NCBI GenBank assembly: GCA_910587515.1
Contig: CAJULW010000028.1
Span: 3,544 to 67,543 of the forward strand
Reading direction: 5' to 3'
Length of the DNA: 64,000 bases
Origin: an uncultured Duncaniella sp.
GTDB lineage: Bacteria; Bacteroidota; Bacteroidia; Bacteroidales; Muribaculaceae
The notes below the pieces were generated by a model that was not told the DNA's origin, did not search any database, and worked only from the letters and a program-made list of their open reading frames with translations. Positions 9,786 through 19,606 of the stretch are shown piece by piece (within the stretch, counting starts at the first letter, position 1; each line of letters begins with the position of its first letter). The position numbers and the translations under genes are program-made.

Positions 9786-11339
9786 ATGAAAATTCTTACA
9801 ACAGTACTTGGTCTGTGTATGGGAGCGGTGTCGGTTTGTGCCGCTGACAAGGTGTCGTCATACAGTCATCTTTATAAAGACCTTCCGTTTGAAATGCCTT
9901 TGATCGATAAACCGGTTTTCCCGGATAACACAGTCTCTATTACCGATTTCGGAGCTGTTGCGGACGGTGAAACGCTCAATACAGAGGCATTTGCGAAAGC
10001 CATGGACGTTCTTGCCGCTAAAGGAGGAGGCACACTTAACGTGCCTTCCGGTATATGGCTAACTGGTCCGATTGTCTTTAAATCCAATATAAATCTTCAT
10101 CTTGATGGCGGTGCCCTGATATTGTTTTCTCCGGACATGGATCAATATCCGGTGGTCTACACTGTCTATGAGGGCTATGAGGCTTATCGTGCGCAGTCTC
10201 CTATATGGGGCGAGAATCTTGAGAACATAGCCATAACCGGTGATGGAGTCATAGATGGAAACGGTGCGGCTTGGCGTCAGGTGAAACGCGATAAAATGAC
10301 GGCTGGGCAATGGAAGCGTCTTGTCGCTTCAGGTGGAATCGTAATAAATGACAACACCTGGTATCCTTCGAAAAATTATATAGAAGGAGAGAAATTGCGT
10401 GACGGTCTAAAGAACCTTTCAAAAGAGGACGCGGAGAAAATCAAACACTTCATTCGTCCGGTAATGCTGAAGTTTGTCAAATGTAAGAATGTTTATCTTC
10501 AAGGCGTACTTTTCCAGAATTCTCCAGCGTGGAACCTTCATCCGCTCATGTGCGAGAATCTTATAGTCGACGACGTATATATCAAAAATCCGGAATATGC
10601 ACAGAACGGTGATGGCCTTGATGTGGAATCATGTAAAAATGTCATAATCTATCGTTCGACTCTTGATGTCGGTGACGATGCCATTTGTCTTAAATCGGGC
10701 AAGGATGAAGATGGCCGCAGACGCGGGATTCCTACGGAGAATGTAATAGTCAAGGATTGTCGTGTGTTTCAGGGACACGGTGGTTTTGTTGTCGGAAGCG
10801 AGATGTCCGGAGGCGTCAACAATGTATCGGTTACGGATTGCCAGTTTATTGGTACTGATGTAGGCTTACGCTTCAAAAGCACGCGTGGTCGCGGAGGCGT
10901 GGTGCAGAATATCTTCATCGATAATATCAATATGCTTGATATCCGTGGCGAGGCTTTGTTGTTCGACCTTTATTATTGGGTTAAAAACGCTCCGTCCACT
11001 ATCCCTCCTGTCGATGAGACCACACCTCAGTTCCGCAATATAACGATTAATGGTGTCACATCCTTTAATTCAGGCATGTCGGTGAAGTTCAATGGCCTTC
11101 CGGAAATGCCTATTGAAAATATAAAAGTCCGCAATTCTATTTTTACGGCCCGTCAGGGTGGTCTGTTGTCCGAATCGGTTGACATAGATTTCAGGAATGT
11201 AAGCATATCGGCATCTGAAGGCTCTGCAATGAAAATCAACAATTGTAAAAACGCCCTTTTCACCGACTGCAAACTCATTAGCCCTTCCTCTGAGAAGGTC
11301 GCCTATACGGGCAATAACAAAAATGTGAGAATAAAATAG
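9786..11339 (+). CDS. Glycoside hydrolase family 28 (polygalacturonase-like)
   Basis: NGDG, GDDAICLKSG, GHGGFVVGSE and RFKS motifs; signal peptide. Confidence 0.93.
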   Translation: MKILTTVLGLCMGAVSVCAADKVSSYSHLYKDLPFEMPLIDKPVFPDNTVSITDFGAVADGETLNTEAFAKAMDVLAAKGGGTLNVPSGIWLTGPIVFKSNINLHLDGGALILFSPDMDQYPVVYTVYEGYEAYRAQSPIWGENLENIAITGDGVIDGNGAAWRQVKRDKMTAGQWKRLVASGGIVINDNTWYPSKNYIEGEKLRDGLKNLSKEDAEKIKHFIRPVMLKFVKCKNVYLQGVLFQNSPAWNLHPLMCENLIVDDVYIKNPEYAQNGDGLDVESCKNVIIYRSTLDVGDDAICLKSGKDEDGRRRGIPTENVIVKDCRVFQGHGGFVVGSEMSGGVNNVSVTDCQFIGTDVGLRFKSTRGRGGVVQNIFIDNINMLDIRGEALLFDLYYWVKNAPSTIPPVDETTPQFRNITINGVTSFNSGMSVKFNGLPEMPIENIKVRNSIFTARQGGLLSESVDIDFRNVSISASEGSAMKINNCKNALFTDCKLISPSSEKVAYTGNNKNVRIK

Positions 11340-11362
11340 AGATTTAAGAATTAAATACTTAT

Positions 11363-11404
11363 ACCGGTGTCCGATATAGATAGATGTTTTTATCGGACAC
11401 CGGT
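11363..11404 (+). terminator. Hairpin after GH28
   Basis: Perfect 14-bp inverted repeat accggtgtccgata / tatcggacaccggt. Confidence 0.65.
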
Positions 11405-11533
11405 TATTTATCTATGCTAATAATTAGGCCAAATATTTAGAATTACAAACAGTGATATTGTGAGAAATTCACTAAATTTGTAAATTATATTTTCTTGTTT
11501 TTTCGTGTCGGAGGAAACGTGTTTTTAGAAAAA

Positions 11534-12568
11534 ATGACTAAAAAATATAAGGGAATTGATTTGTTCTGTGGTATCGGAGGTTTTCGTTTGGCAATGGAAG
11601 CTTCTGATGTTGATTGTGTGTTTTCTTCTGATATAGATAAATTTGCACAGGCTACGTATGAAGCTAATTTTAATGAAACGCCTGTTGGAGACATAAAAAA
11701 AGTTAAACCGGAAGATATACCAGAGTTCGATATACTTACAGCCGGATTTCCGTGTCAGCCGTTTAGCTATGCGGGAGGTAAGGAAGGTTTCAAGGACGAG
11801 ACTCGTGGAACACTTTTCTTTGATATCTGTAGAATACTTGAGTATCGTAAGCCTCCAATGGTGTTTCTTGAAAATGTTAAAGGGATTGTATCGCATGACG
11901 GAGGGAACACCCTTGCCACTATAATTTCGACCCTTGAGGAGTTGGGATATTATCCGCATTGGACTGTTTTGTCATCGTTAGACTTTGGTTTACCGCAAAA
12001 GCGTGAACGGTGGTATTGTGTGGCTTTTAGGGAAAATATAATATTTGAATTTCCACAGCCATTAGGGACGCATCCAGTATTAAGGGAAATTGTGGAAATT
12101 GGGGATAATAGTCCGGAATTGGCTCTTTCGCAATTAGAACTTGAGAGGATTGATTATCATTTTGCCCATTGTCATGAATGCCAACGGGTGCGTCATGACA
12201 ATTCAAAATATGCTCCGGATACTAAAAAAGGTAAATACGGTGTGTTTTCTTTTCAAAAACCAGATGGTTCTTTAAGATTTCATGTGGGAGATCGGGCTAA
12301 GACTCAAATACAGGAAGCCTTTTATGCTTGTTTGGATACATATGCACCGACTATAATAGCAAACCGTACTCCTAAACTGTGGGATTTACGTCGTCGTTTA
12401 TCCGTTTTAGAATCGAAAAGGCTTCAGGGATTTCCAGATGAATTTATAATGCCTGTGTCTGATTGCCAAGCTCTTAAGCAATTGGGTAATTCTGTTAGCA
12501 TACCTATCATAAAATCAATTATGCGCAAAATGATATTTGCGTATGAAAAATATGTTGTAATAAAATGA
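11534..12568 (+). CDS. DNA (cytosine-5) methyltransferase
   Basis: FCGIGG (I), GFPCQPFS (IV), ENVKG (VI), PQKRER (VIII), RLQGFP (IX) and KQLGNSV (X). Confidence 0.96.
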   Translation: MTKKYKGIDLFCGIGGFRLAMEASDVDCVFSSDIDKFAQATYEANFNETPVGDIKKVKPEDIPEFDILTAGFPCQPFSYAGGKEGFKDETRGTLFFDICRILEYRKPPMVFLENVKGIVSHDGGNTLATIISTLEELGYYPHWTVLSSLDFGLPQKRERWYCVAFRENIIFEFPQPLGTHPVLREIVEIGDNSPELALSQLELERIDYHFAHCHECQRVRHDNSKYAPDTKKGKYGVFSFQKPDGSLRFHVGDRAKTQIQEAFYACLDTYAPTIIANRTPKLWDLRRRLSVLESKRLQGFPDEFIMPVSDCQALKQLGNSVSIPIIKSIMRKMIFAYEKYVVIK

Positions 12569-14301
12569 AATATTTCTCTCTTGATTCAGTCATTGCTGCA
12601 TATAGTGGTAATGTGAGAAGCACTTTAAGTAAATTCTGGGGTGTGATGTCCATTCTTTATGCCATTAATAAAGAAATAAAACCCGGCGTTCCGTATGAAT
12701 TCAGTAATGATAAGGCTGCTCAGTTTCTGGAGGACCTGTTCAGCCTGAAAGATAAGAAAGATTTTTCATGGAATAAACAGCGTTCATTTGTGATGTTTTC
12801 AATCGTATGGATTGAGAAACTTAAAGAACAGATGCTTATTTCGACACCTAATTTTTATGATGTTGTTACATGGTTTTTAAGGAATGAACGGTTTGCTGAC
12901 GAACCATCCGATACTGATCTAATATCTTTATTTATTTCAAAGACAGGTCTTACGTTCGAGCAATTGAAAGAGATTTTTTCATTTGAACGCAAAAATCTTA
13001 CTTTTGATGATAATAAATATTCGGAACAAGTTCTATTTGAGAGGCTATCTCAATTATATACAAATAATAGAGGTAGCGGAAATATTACATCGGAAGGTAC
13101 TTTTATACAAGCACATCCAGGGGAGTTTTCAAGAGCTCCGTTTATACAGACTCTTTATGCCGGCCAAAAAATCCAGGAGTGTCTGGTGTTTACTAATTTT
13201 TCATTGACCGATTACTATCTGATTAGATCTGCGAAAGGTGTAGAGTCTGTAAAAGACAATTCAATCGAGAGTGAATCTTATCAAAAGATTTATTTTGGTG
13301 CTCCAGGGACGGGGAAATCGTATATGATAAACAAGATTTGTTCGAAATATGAGAATTATCGTACAACATTTCATCCAGATACGGACTATTCATCTTTTGT
13401 TGGTGCATATAAGCCTGTAACAAAGACTGTTTTGCATTACGGAACAGATGGTGAAATCCTTAAAGACAAAAATGGCATTGAAATAACGGATGATGTAATA
13501 GCATATTCTTACATTTTTCAGTCATTCCTAAAATCGTATGTGTCGGCTTGGAAAGAACAGAGAAATGAACATCCAAAGCCAGTATTTTTGGTGATAGAGG
13601 AGATAAACCGGGGGAATTGTGCTCAGATTTTTGGAGATATATTCCAGTTGCTTGACCGAAACGATTTTGGCTTTTCAAATTATCCAATAATCACTGACAA
13701 TGATCTTGCAAAAGAACTTAAAATTGTCTTTAAAGATCTTCAGATGTCTAATAAAGAGGATATTAACGCTATGTATGATGGAGATAAAGATATTGTCGGA
13801 TCGGTTATGGATGGATCGATTCTTCTTCTGCCGAATAATTTGTATATATGGGCGACAATGAATACTTCGGATCAATCACTGTTTCCGATTGATTCTGCTT
13901 TTAAGCGTCGTTGGGATTGGAAATATGTTAAGATAACTGATGCGAAAAAAAATTATGTTATAAAATTTTCTAATGGACATGAATATGATTGGTGGACATT
14001 TGTGGAAGCCATAAATCAGAAAATAGAAAATATTGACATTCAGCAGGAGGATAAAAAGATAGGTTATTTCTTCGTTGGAGGACATAGGATGTCGGACGGG
14101 CGTTGTCTGATTTCACCGGAAATGTTCCTGTCGAAAGTCATATATTATATGTATAATGATGTTTTTAAGGATTTTGGAGTTGATGAAGATTTTTTACGTG
14201 ATGAAAATAATGAGTTTATGACATATTCGTCCTACTTTGACATAGACGGTGAAATAGACGAGTCCAGAGTCGAAAAGTTTGTAAATAATGTGATTGGATA
14301 A
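12565..14301 (+). CDS. McrB-like AAA+ GTPase (LlaJI R1-like)
   Basis: GAPGTGKS, TFHP..DYS.FVG, EEINRG, MNTSD and DSAFKRRW; ATGA-like 4-nt overlap with the MTase stop. Confidence 0.9.
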   Translation: MKYFSLDSVIAAYSGNVRSTLSKFWGVMSILYAINKEIKPGVPYEFSNDKAAQFLEDLFSLKDKKDFSWNKQRSFVMFSIVWIEKLKEQMLISTPNFYDVVTWFLRNERFADEPSDTDLISLFISKTGLTFEQLKEIFSFERKNLTFDDNKYSEQVLFERLSQLYTNNRGSGNITSEGTFIQAHPGEFSRAPFIQTLYAGQKIQECLVFTNFSLTDYYLIRSAKGVESVKDNSIESESYQKIYFGAPGTGKSYMINKICSKYENYRTTFHPDTDYSSFVGAYKPVTKTVLHYGTDGEILKDKNGIEITDDVIAYSYIFQSFLKSYVSAWKEQRNEHPKPVFLVIEEINRGNCAQIFGDIFQLLDRNDFGFSNYPIITDNDLAKELKIVFKDLQMSNKEDINAMYDGDKDIVGSVMDGSILLLPNNLYIWATMNTSDQSLFPIDSAFKRRWDWKYVKITDAKKNYVIKFSNGHEYDWWTFVEAINQKIENIDIQQEDKKIGYFFVGGHRMSDGRCLISPEMFLSKVIYYMYNDVFKDFGVDEDFLRDENNEFMTYSSYFDIDGEIDESRVEKFVNNVIG

Positions 14302-14340
14302 TTTGTTCAGAAAATAATGAAGAGATAAAACGAAGCGCGA

Positions 14341-16047
14341 ATGAAGGTGCTGATTGAAGGTTATAAGTACAGTTACGACCGTATCTGTGACTATATTTCG
14401 ACCATGGATATGATTATTGATGGAGACAGTGTCATTATTAATTCTGTCGGATATTATTATAATGCTACGGTAAATGAGTGCGTATTTATACTCCCTAAGG
14501 TTATTTTAGCGGAAAATGATTTCGTATTTGGTAAATATCGGCCTGAAGAGATAGTGGATTTTGATACTATCGGAGGGATGGAGCTTAAAGAGCGACGTTT
14601 TATTTCTGAATTTTCAATATGGATATATAGGGCTATTTCTGTTTATCGTGAGAGTTGTATAATAAATAATAAATCTCATTCAGCCATTAAGGAACAGAGC
14701 GCTATACGTATAGGCAAAGGCAAGAGAAAAATTTATGGATCGTTTCTTGATATAGTACTATTATTGTTGGATTTCAACAGAACGAATTATGATTGGTTTA
14801 TGACGGTTATGAAAAATAACTGTCGTGGTTATAATAAAATCAATTGGAGGCGTACTGTATTATCGTCCGAAGTCCTTATCCAGAATGCTAAGCCTGTATA
14901 TGTCAATCCGGTTGTAAAAAAACGTGGTGTGGATTTTGACGAGGAATTGTTTGTTATTTTTTTCTCGATCTTAAATCATTTGAAGAATATCTATGGTATC
15001 ACATTTGTACAGAACGCAAATTATAAACTGATAACAGGCAAACGTTTCGATTTATACTTATCCAATGGCATCGGCCTGCGCAGACTTCGTAAACTTAAAT
15101 ATAGATACTATTCCGACAAGGCATTGGCTTTGTGGAAGCTATGTTATGATTTTTTCGATCAGTCACGGCATATTAGTGTTGAATCAAGGGCCGACGAATA
15201 TTTATTGGCGAAGGATTTTAATATCGTTTTTGAAGCGATGATTGATTCCTTGATAGGAGATTCCATGCTCCCGGATAGGCTGAATAAAAATCAGAACGAT
15301 GGGAAAAAGGTAGATCATATATTCTTATGGAAAAATCTGGTTTCTAATTGTGCGGATAAGAATATATATTACATAGGAGATAGTAAGTATTACAAACGTA
15401 GCAACGAGATCGATTCTAAATCTATTGCGAAGCAGTATACCTATGCCAAAAATGTTATACAATGGAATCTGGATCTATTTTTCGGTGATGGATCAAACGA
15501 TATATCCCGGGAAACGGATTTTTGTTTGCGTGACAGTTTGACCGAAGGTTACGATATTGTTCCTAATTTTTTTATAAGCTCGACGATTCCTGATGATCTT
15601 TCATTCGCAGACAATATAGATGTGACGCGACGTAAGGCAAAAACGTTTATATCTCGACAGTTTCAGAATAGATTATTTGATCGAGATACATTGTTGATAA
15701 CCCATTATGATGTTAATTTTCTATTTATAGTATCGCTTTATACGCGATCTTTTGGCCGAAAGGATAAATGGCGGTATAAGATGCGTGATATTTTACGTGA
15801 AAATATTCTGAAAGAGCTTAACCGGAGGTATAATTTCTATATAATGAAAGCGAAACAAGGTGTAGATACCGAAGAATATATTAGTAAAAATTTTAGAAGT
15901 TTGATAGGGAAGATTATCGCTCCATACGTTGATAAAAGCATGTTGTTGCTTGCGCTTGACAATAGCAATGCTTTTGATGATGAGAATAACCGGCTTATAA
16001 CTTCTATATTAGAAAGATTTTGCGTTGAAAAAATTTCGTTAGTGTAA
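14341..16047 (+). CDS. LlaJI/McrC-like PD-(D/E)xK restriction nuclease subunit
   Basis: ILPKV, INWRRT, FNIVFEAMID..IGD, VDH...YYIGDSKYY and KQYTYA; follows the McrB-like gene. Confidence 0.85.
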   Translation: MKVLIEGYKYSYDRICDYISTMDMIIDGDSVIINSVGYYYNATVNECVFILPKVILAENDFVFGKYRPEEIVDFDTIGGMELKERRFISEFSIWIYRAISVYRESCIINNKSHSAIKEQSAIRIGKGKRKIYGSFLDIVLLLLDFNRTNYDWFMTVMKNNCRGYNKINWRRTVLSSEVLIQNAKPVYVNPVVKKRGVDFDEELFVIFFSILNHLKNIYGITFVQNANYKLITGKRFDLYLSNGIGLRRLRKLKYRYYSDKALALWKLCYDFFDQSRHISVESRADEYLLAKDFNIVFEAMIDSLIGDSMLPDRLNKNQNDGKKVDHIFLWKNLVSNCADKNIYYIGDSKYYKRSNEIDSKSIAKQYTYAKNVIQWNLDLFFGDGSNDISRETDFCLRDSLTEGYDIVPNFFISSTIPDDLSFADNIDVTRRKAKTFISRQFQNRLFDRDTLLITHYDVNFLFIVSLYTRSFGRKDKWRYKMRDILRENILKELNRRYNFYIMKAKQGVDTEEYISKNFRSLIGKIIAPYVDKSMLLLALDNSNAFDDENNRLITSILERFCVEKISLV

Positions 16048-16226
16048 TATTGGGTGGTAGGTGTAAATTAGATTTTCTACTCGATGAGAGTTGTATATTG
16101 ATATTTATCGAGCTGAACCATTACTTTGAAAAGATGTGGAACTTGATGAAATATAATGTTGGTATTTTCTAACTATATTTGATTATATTTCGTTATAGGT
16201 AGTGGATAAGGCTGCTTAAGCATAGA

Positions 16227-16272
16227 AAACCGCACTCCAAAAGTTTTATGTCTGACTTTTGGAGTGCGGTTT
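16227..16272. terminator. Terminator between convergent nuclease gene and glgB
   Basis: Perfect 18-bp inverted repeat aaaccgcactccaaaagt / acttttggagtgcggttt with A/T-rich flanks. Confidence 0.75.
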
Positions 16273-16287
16273 GTGTTTTTTAGGTTG

Positions 16288-18333
16288 TTATCGCTTGGTT
16301 TTTTTGAGCGGTTTTTTTAGCTCGGGACGATAGAGCCGTAGCACTTGGGCTGAGCGTGGTGGCAGATAAAGCCGTAGCCATTCGCGACCTGTAGGGGCGA
16401 ACAGTTCGTCGTGTTGGGTGAGATGACGTACGCTTTCGTCGATATTGCCATAACCGCCAAAATTCGGATTATCGGTAGAGAGCACAACTTCATATTCTCC
16501 GGCTGGTGCGAGTATACCATAGCCGGTGAAAGATTGTGAAGGATTGAAATTATAAACGAATACGAGATCTCCGCGCATGTAGGCGAGCACTTGGTCATCG
16601 TCTTTTTCCCATAGTTTCACCACAGGTAGAGACTGGAAGTTATAAACTCCGGCCAAGAGATGAATCATCGAATTGTCAAAGTTGTTGAGTAGCTCGTATT
16701 TTAGTTCGTTACGGTCAACGAGGTTCCATTGGCGACGGGCATATTTGTAGCTCCAACCGTTGCCTTCTCGCGGGAAGTCGATCCATTCTGGATGACCGAA
16801 TTCGTTGCCCATGAAATTTAGGTAGCCCCCATTGATTGTCGAAGCGGTGACGAGACGGATCATTTTGTGCAGTGCTATGCCGCGCGCTACTGTCATGTTG
16901 TCGTCGTCTTTCATCATGTGCCAGTACATCTCCTTGTCGATCAGACGGAATATCACAGTTTTATCGCCTACAAGTGCTTGATCGTGGCTTTCGACATAGG
17001 AAATTGTTTTCTCGTCGGCACGTCGGTTGGTAAGTTCCCAAAATATAGATGTTGGATGCCAGTCTTCGTCTTTCTTCTCCTTTAGGGTTTTTATCCAGTA
17101 GTCGGGTATGCCCATTGCCATACGGTAGTCAAAACCTATGCCTCCGTCTTTGACCGGAACCGCAAGTCCCGGCATGCCGCTCATTTCCTCGGCTATGGTG
17201 ATGGCATGGGGATTTATTTCATGTATGAGTTTGTTCGCGAGGGTGAGGTAGGTGATGGCGTTGGTGTCCTCATATCCGTCATAATAGTCTTCATAACTAC
17301 CGAAAGCTTGTCCGAGACCATGGCTGTAATAAAGCATTGAAGTGACACCGTCGAAGCGGAATCCGTCGAAGCGGAATTCTTGAAGCCAATATTTGCAGTT
17401 GGAAAGCAGGAAGTTTATGACATCGTTTTTGCCATAATCGAAACAGAGCGAATCCCATGCGGGATGCTCGCGGCGTCCGTCTCCATAGAAGTATTGGTTG
17501 TAGCTTCCGTCGAGACGTCCGAGACCTTCGACTTCGTTTTTTACCGCATGAGAATGTACGATGTCCATGATCACCGCGATGCCAAGCTCATGTGCACGGT
17601 CGATAAGGCTTTTCAGCTCTTCGGGTGTTCCGAAGCGGCTTGAAGGAGCATAGAAACTGGATACATGATAGCCGAATGAACCGTAATACGGATGTTCCTG
17701 TATCGCCATTATCTGTATGGCGTTGTATCCATCTGCTGCGATACGAGGCAGTATAAGGTCTCTGAATTCAGTGTAGCTTCCTATTCCTTCTTTTTCTTGT
17801 GCCATGCCGATATGGCATTCATATATGAGTAACGGGCGTGTGTCAGGCCTGAATCTGCGTACTTTCCATTTATATGGCTCGGGGGACCATACCTGAGCTG
17901 AAAATACGTGTGTATGTTCGTCTTGTACGACCCTGTTGGCGTATGCCGGGATACGTTCGCCTCGCCCGCCTTCCCAGCTTACCATCATTTTATACAAGTC
18001 TCCATGGTTGATGTCTCCTGCTTTCACTTTCAATTCCCATACCCCGTTGGCTTTGGGTTTAAGGGTGTATTTTTTTAGTTCTTTCCATTTTGAGAAATCC
18101 CCGATCAATGTGATGGCGGTTGCGTTTGGAGCCCATTCACGGAACACCCATCCTGAATCCGTGCGATGGAGTCCGAAATAGTTATGTGCATTGGCGAATG
18201 AGTCGAGCGTGCCGTTTGTGCCGCACAATTCTGCTTCTTTTGCAAGGGCTTCGTTATGGCGTCCGATTATAGCGTCGCTGTAAGGCTCAAGCCAAGGGTC
18301 GTTTTTAATAATGTTGAGAGTCTTCTTTTTCAT
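16288..18333 (-). CDS. glgB: 1,4-alpha-glucan branching enzyme (GH13 with CBM48)
   Basis: FREWAPNA, IYECHIGM, DIVHSHA, GFRFDGVTSM, IAEEMSG, YVESHDQ and FMGNEFGHPEW. Confidence 0.95.
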   Translation of the reverse strand: MKKKTLNIIKNDPWLEPYSDAIIGRHNEALAKEAELCGTNGTLDSFANAHNYFGLHRTDSGWVFREWAPNATAITLIGDFSKWKELKKYTLKPKANGVWELKVKAGDINHGDLYKMMVSWEGGRGERIPAYANRVVQDEHTHVFSAQVWSPEPYKWKVRRFRPDTRPLLIYECHIGMAQEKEGIGSYTEFRDLILPRIAADGYNAIQIMAIQEHPYYGSFGYHVSSFYAPSSRFGTPEELKSLIDRAHELGIAVIMDIVHSHAVKNEVEGLGRLDGSYNQYFYGDGRREHPAWDSLCFDYGKNDVINFLLSNCKYWLQEFRFDGFRFDGVTSMLYYSHGLGQAFGSYEDYYDGYEDTNAITYLTLANKLIHEINPHAITIAEEMSGMPGLAVPVKDGGIGFDYRMAMGIPDYWIKTLKEKKDEDWHPTSIFWELTNRRADEKTISYVESHDQALVGDKTVIFRLIDKEMYWHMMKDDDNMTVARGIALHKMIRLVTASTINGGYLNFMGNEFGHPEWIDFPREGNGWSYKYARRQWNLVDRNELKYELLNNFDNSMIHLLAGVYNFQSLPVVKLWEKDDDQVLAYMRGDLVFVYNFNPSQSFTGYGILAPAGEYEVVLSTDNPNFGGYGNIDESVRHLTQHDELFAPTGREWLRLYLPPRSAQVLRLYRPELKKPLKKTKR

Positions 18334-18614
18334 TGGTCATTAGTTGATTGTGGCAAACGCCCACCACGGGGATCATACCACAAACTTACGGAAAAAAAAT
18401 GAATTTCCGTAATAAAAAAAGAGAACTGTTCCTAAAAACGGACAGATTTGAGCAATATTGCTGTATTGTAGTTAATTGACTGATTCGGACTAGCCCAAGG
18501 CTGAAGAAGGATAAGAGAGCAATGCCGTTTGGGACGACATATCGCAGACAGAAGATTATTCCTTTGATTATCCAGGAGTGGCGTTTCTGTTGATTTCGAT
18601 GTATTTGGATTTTA

Positions 18615-18737
18615 TAATTTTGCGGTCAAGTGTCCGGTAGTCTGAATATTTAGCTTGGCCTCTCAGTGTGCGGTTGTTGACAGACCGCATACTGAGACTG
18701 TCATTATTCTGAAGAATGACAGTAAATGAGAAAGCTA
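18615..18737 (+). ncRNA. Candidate structured non-coding RNA
   Basis: TAATTTTG -7 element at 18615-18622, then a 14-bp and an 8-bp hairpin enclosed by a 6-bp outer stem; no ORF. Confidence 0.3.
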
Positions 18738-18902
18738 TATTATTAATGTGTTAATTTGATTTATATGGGTGTTTATTGTTCGGAAAGCAAATTTTACCCC
18801 TTAAAATTTTTTTACCAAGGGGTGTTTCCAGCGAAATATTTTACTCAAAGTTTGCTCAAGACGCTCCTGTTTAAGGGGCGTTTTTTCATTATACAATACA
18901 AA

Positions 18903-18943
18903 AAATCACTGAAATACAGTTTTCGCTGATTTTTCAGTGATTT
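18903..18943. repeat. Inverted repeat just 3' of tRNA-Gly (terminator or att-like)
   Basis: aaatcactgaaa / tttcagtgattt. Confidence 0.55.
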
Positions 18944-18949
18944 ATCGTG

Positions 18950-19022
18950 AGCGGCAAACGAGGCTCGAACTCGCGACCCTCAGCTTGGGAAGCTGATGCT
19001 CTACCAACTGAGCTACTGCCGC
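18950..19022 (-). tRNA. tRNA-Gly(CCC)
   Basis: Reverse complement GCGGCAGTAGCTCAGTTGGTAGAGCATCAGCTTCCCAAGCTGAGGGTCGCGAGTTCGAGCCTCGTTTGCCGCT folds as a cloverleaf; anticodon loop TTCCCAA. Confidence 0.95.
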
Positions 19023-19164
19023 CTGTGTCCTCCTTTGGAATGAAGTTGGAGGTTTGTATGCTTTTTCGATTGCAAATTTAAATGTTTTTTTTGAGCCAAG
19101 GAAATTTTTTCATACATTTTGTCTGATGAACTTCATGGAAATATCTTAACTTTGTCTTGAGATT

Positions 19165-19572
19165 ATGGACCGTAGACAGTTTTGTAAAATAGCATCGATG
19201 GCTATGGGGGCGTTGGGGGTTGCTCACCTTGACGCTTTAGGCGCAACACGAAAAGAAACGATTGCCGATCCGATTATGGGTCGGAATTGTCGTGTCACAG
19301 TTATAAGACGGGAATGTTATCACGATTTGCAGGCTTTGTTTCTTGACGATCCGGATGAGGGGCCGTGTAGGGCTTTCGCATCGGGAGATGATTTCAAGTT
19401 TGAGGTCGGGATGCGTTGTCCGGTTGGATTCTGTCCGCGGTTATGGCGTATTTTATGTGAGAGAGCTGAGGAATGCGGGTCTGTTTGCAACGACCCGTTA
19501 AAGACTGATACTTCGATTCTTTCATGTCCGGATGGCACTCGTCCGGTGATAGTGCGTATTGATTTGTCTTGA
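19165..19572 (+). CDS. TIGR04076-like Cys-rich protein with twin-arginine-like leader
   Basis: MDRRQFCK leader; GPC..F..GD.F, P.GFC...W and C-terminal SCPDGTRPVIVRI. Confidence 0.65.
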   Translation: MDRRQFCKIASMAMGALGVAHLDALGATRKETIADPIMGRNCRVTVIRRECYHDLQALFLDDPDEGPCRAFASGDDFKFEVGMRCPVGFCPRLWRILCERAEECGSVCNDPLKTDTSILSCPDGTRPVIVRIDLS

Positions 19573-19606
19573 TGGCCATATCTAATAATATTGATAGAGA
19601 CGGATA

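Noticed and set aside
18765..18929. 54-codon + strand ORF (MGVYCSESKF...)
   Set aside because: Runs through hairpins and the tRNA-adjacent repeat, with no recognisable protein features
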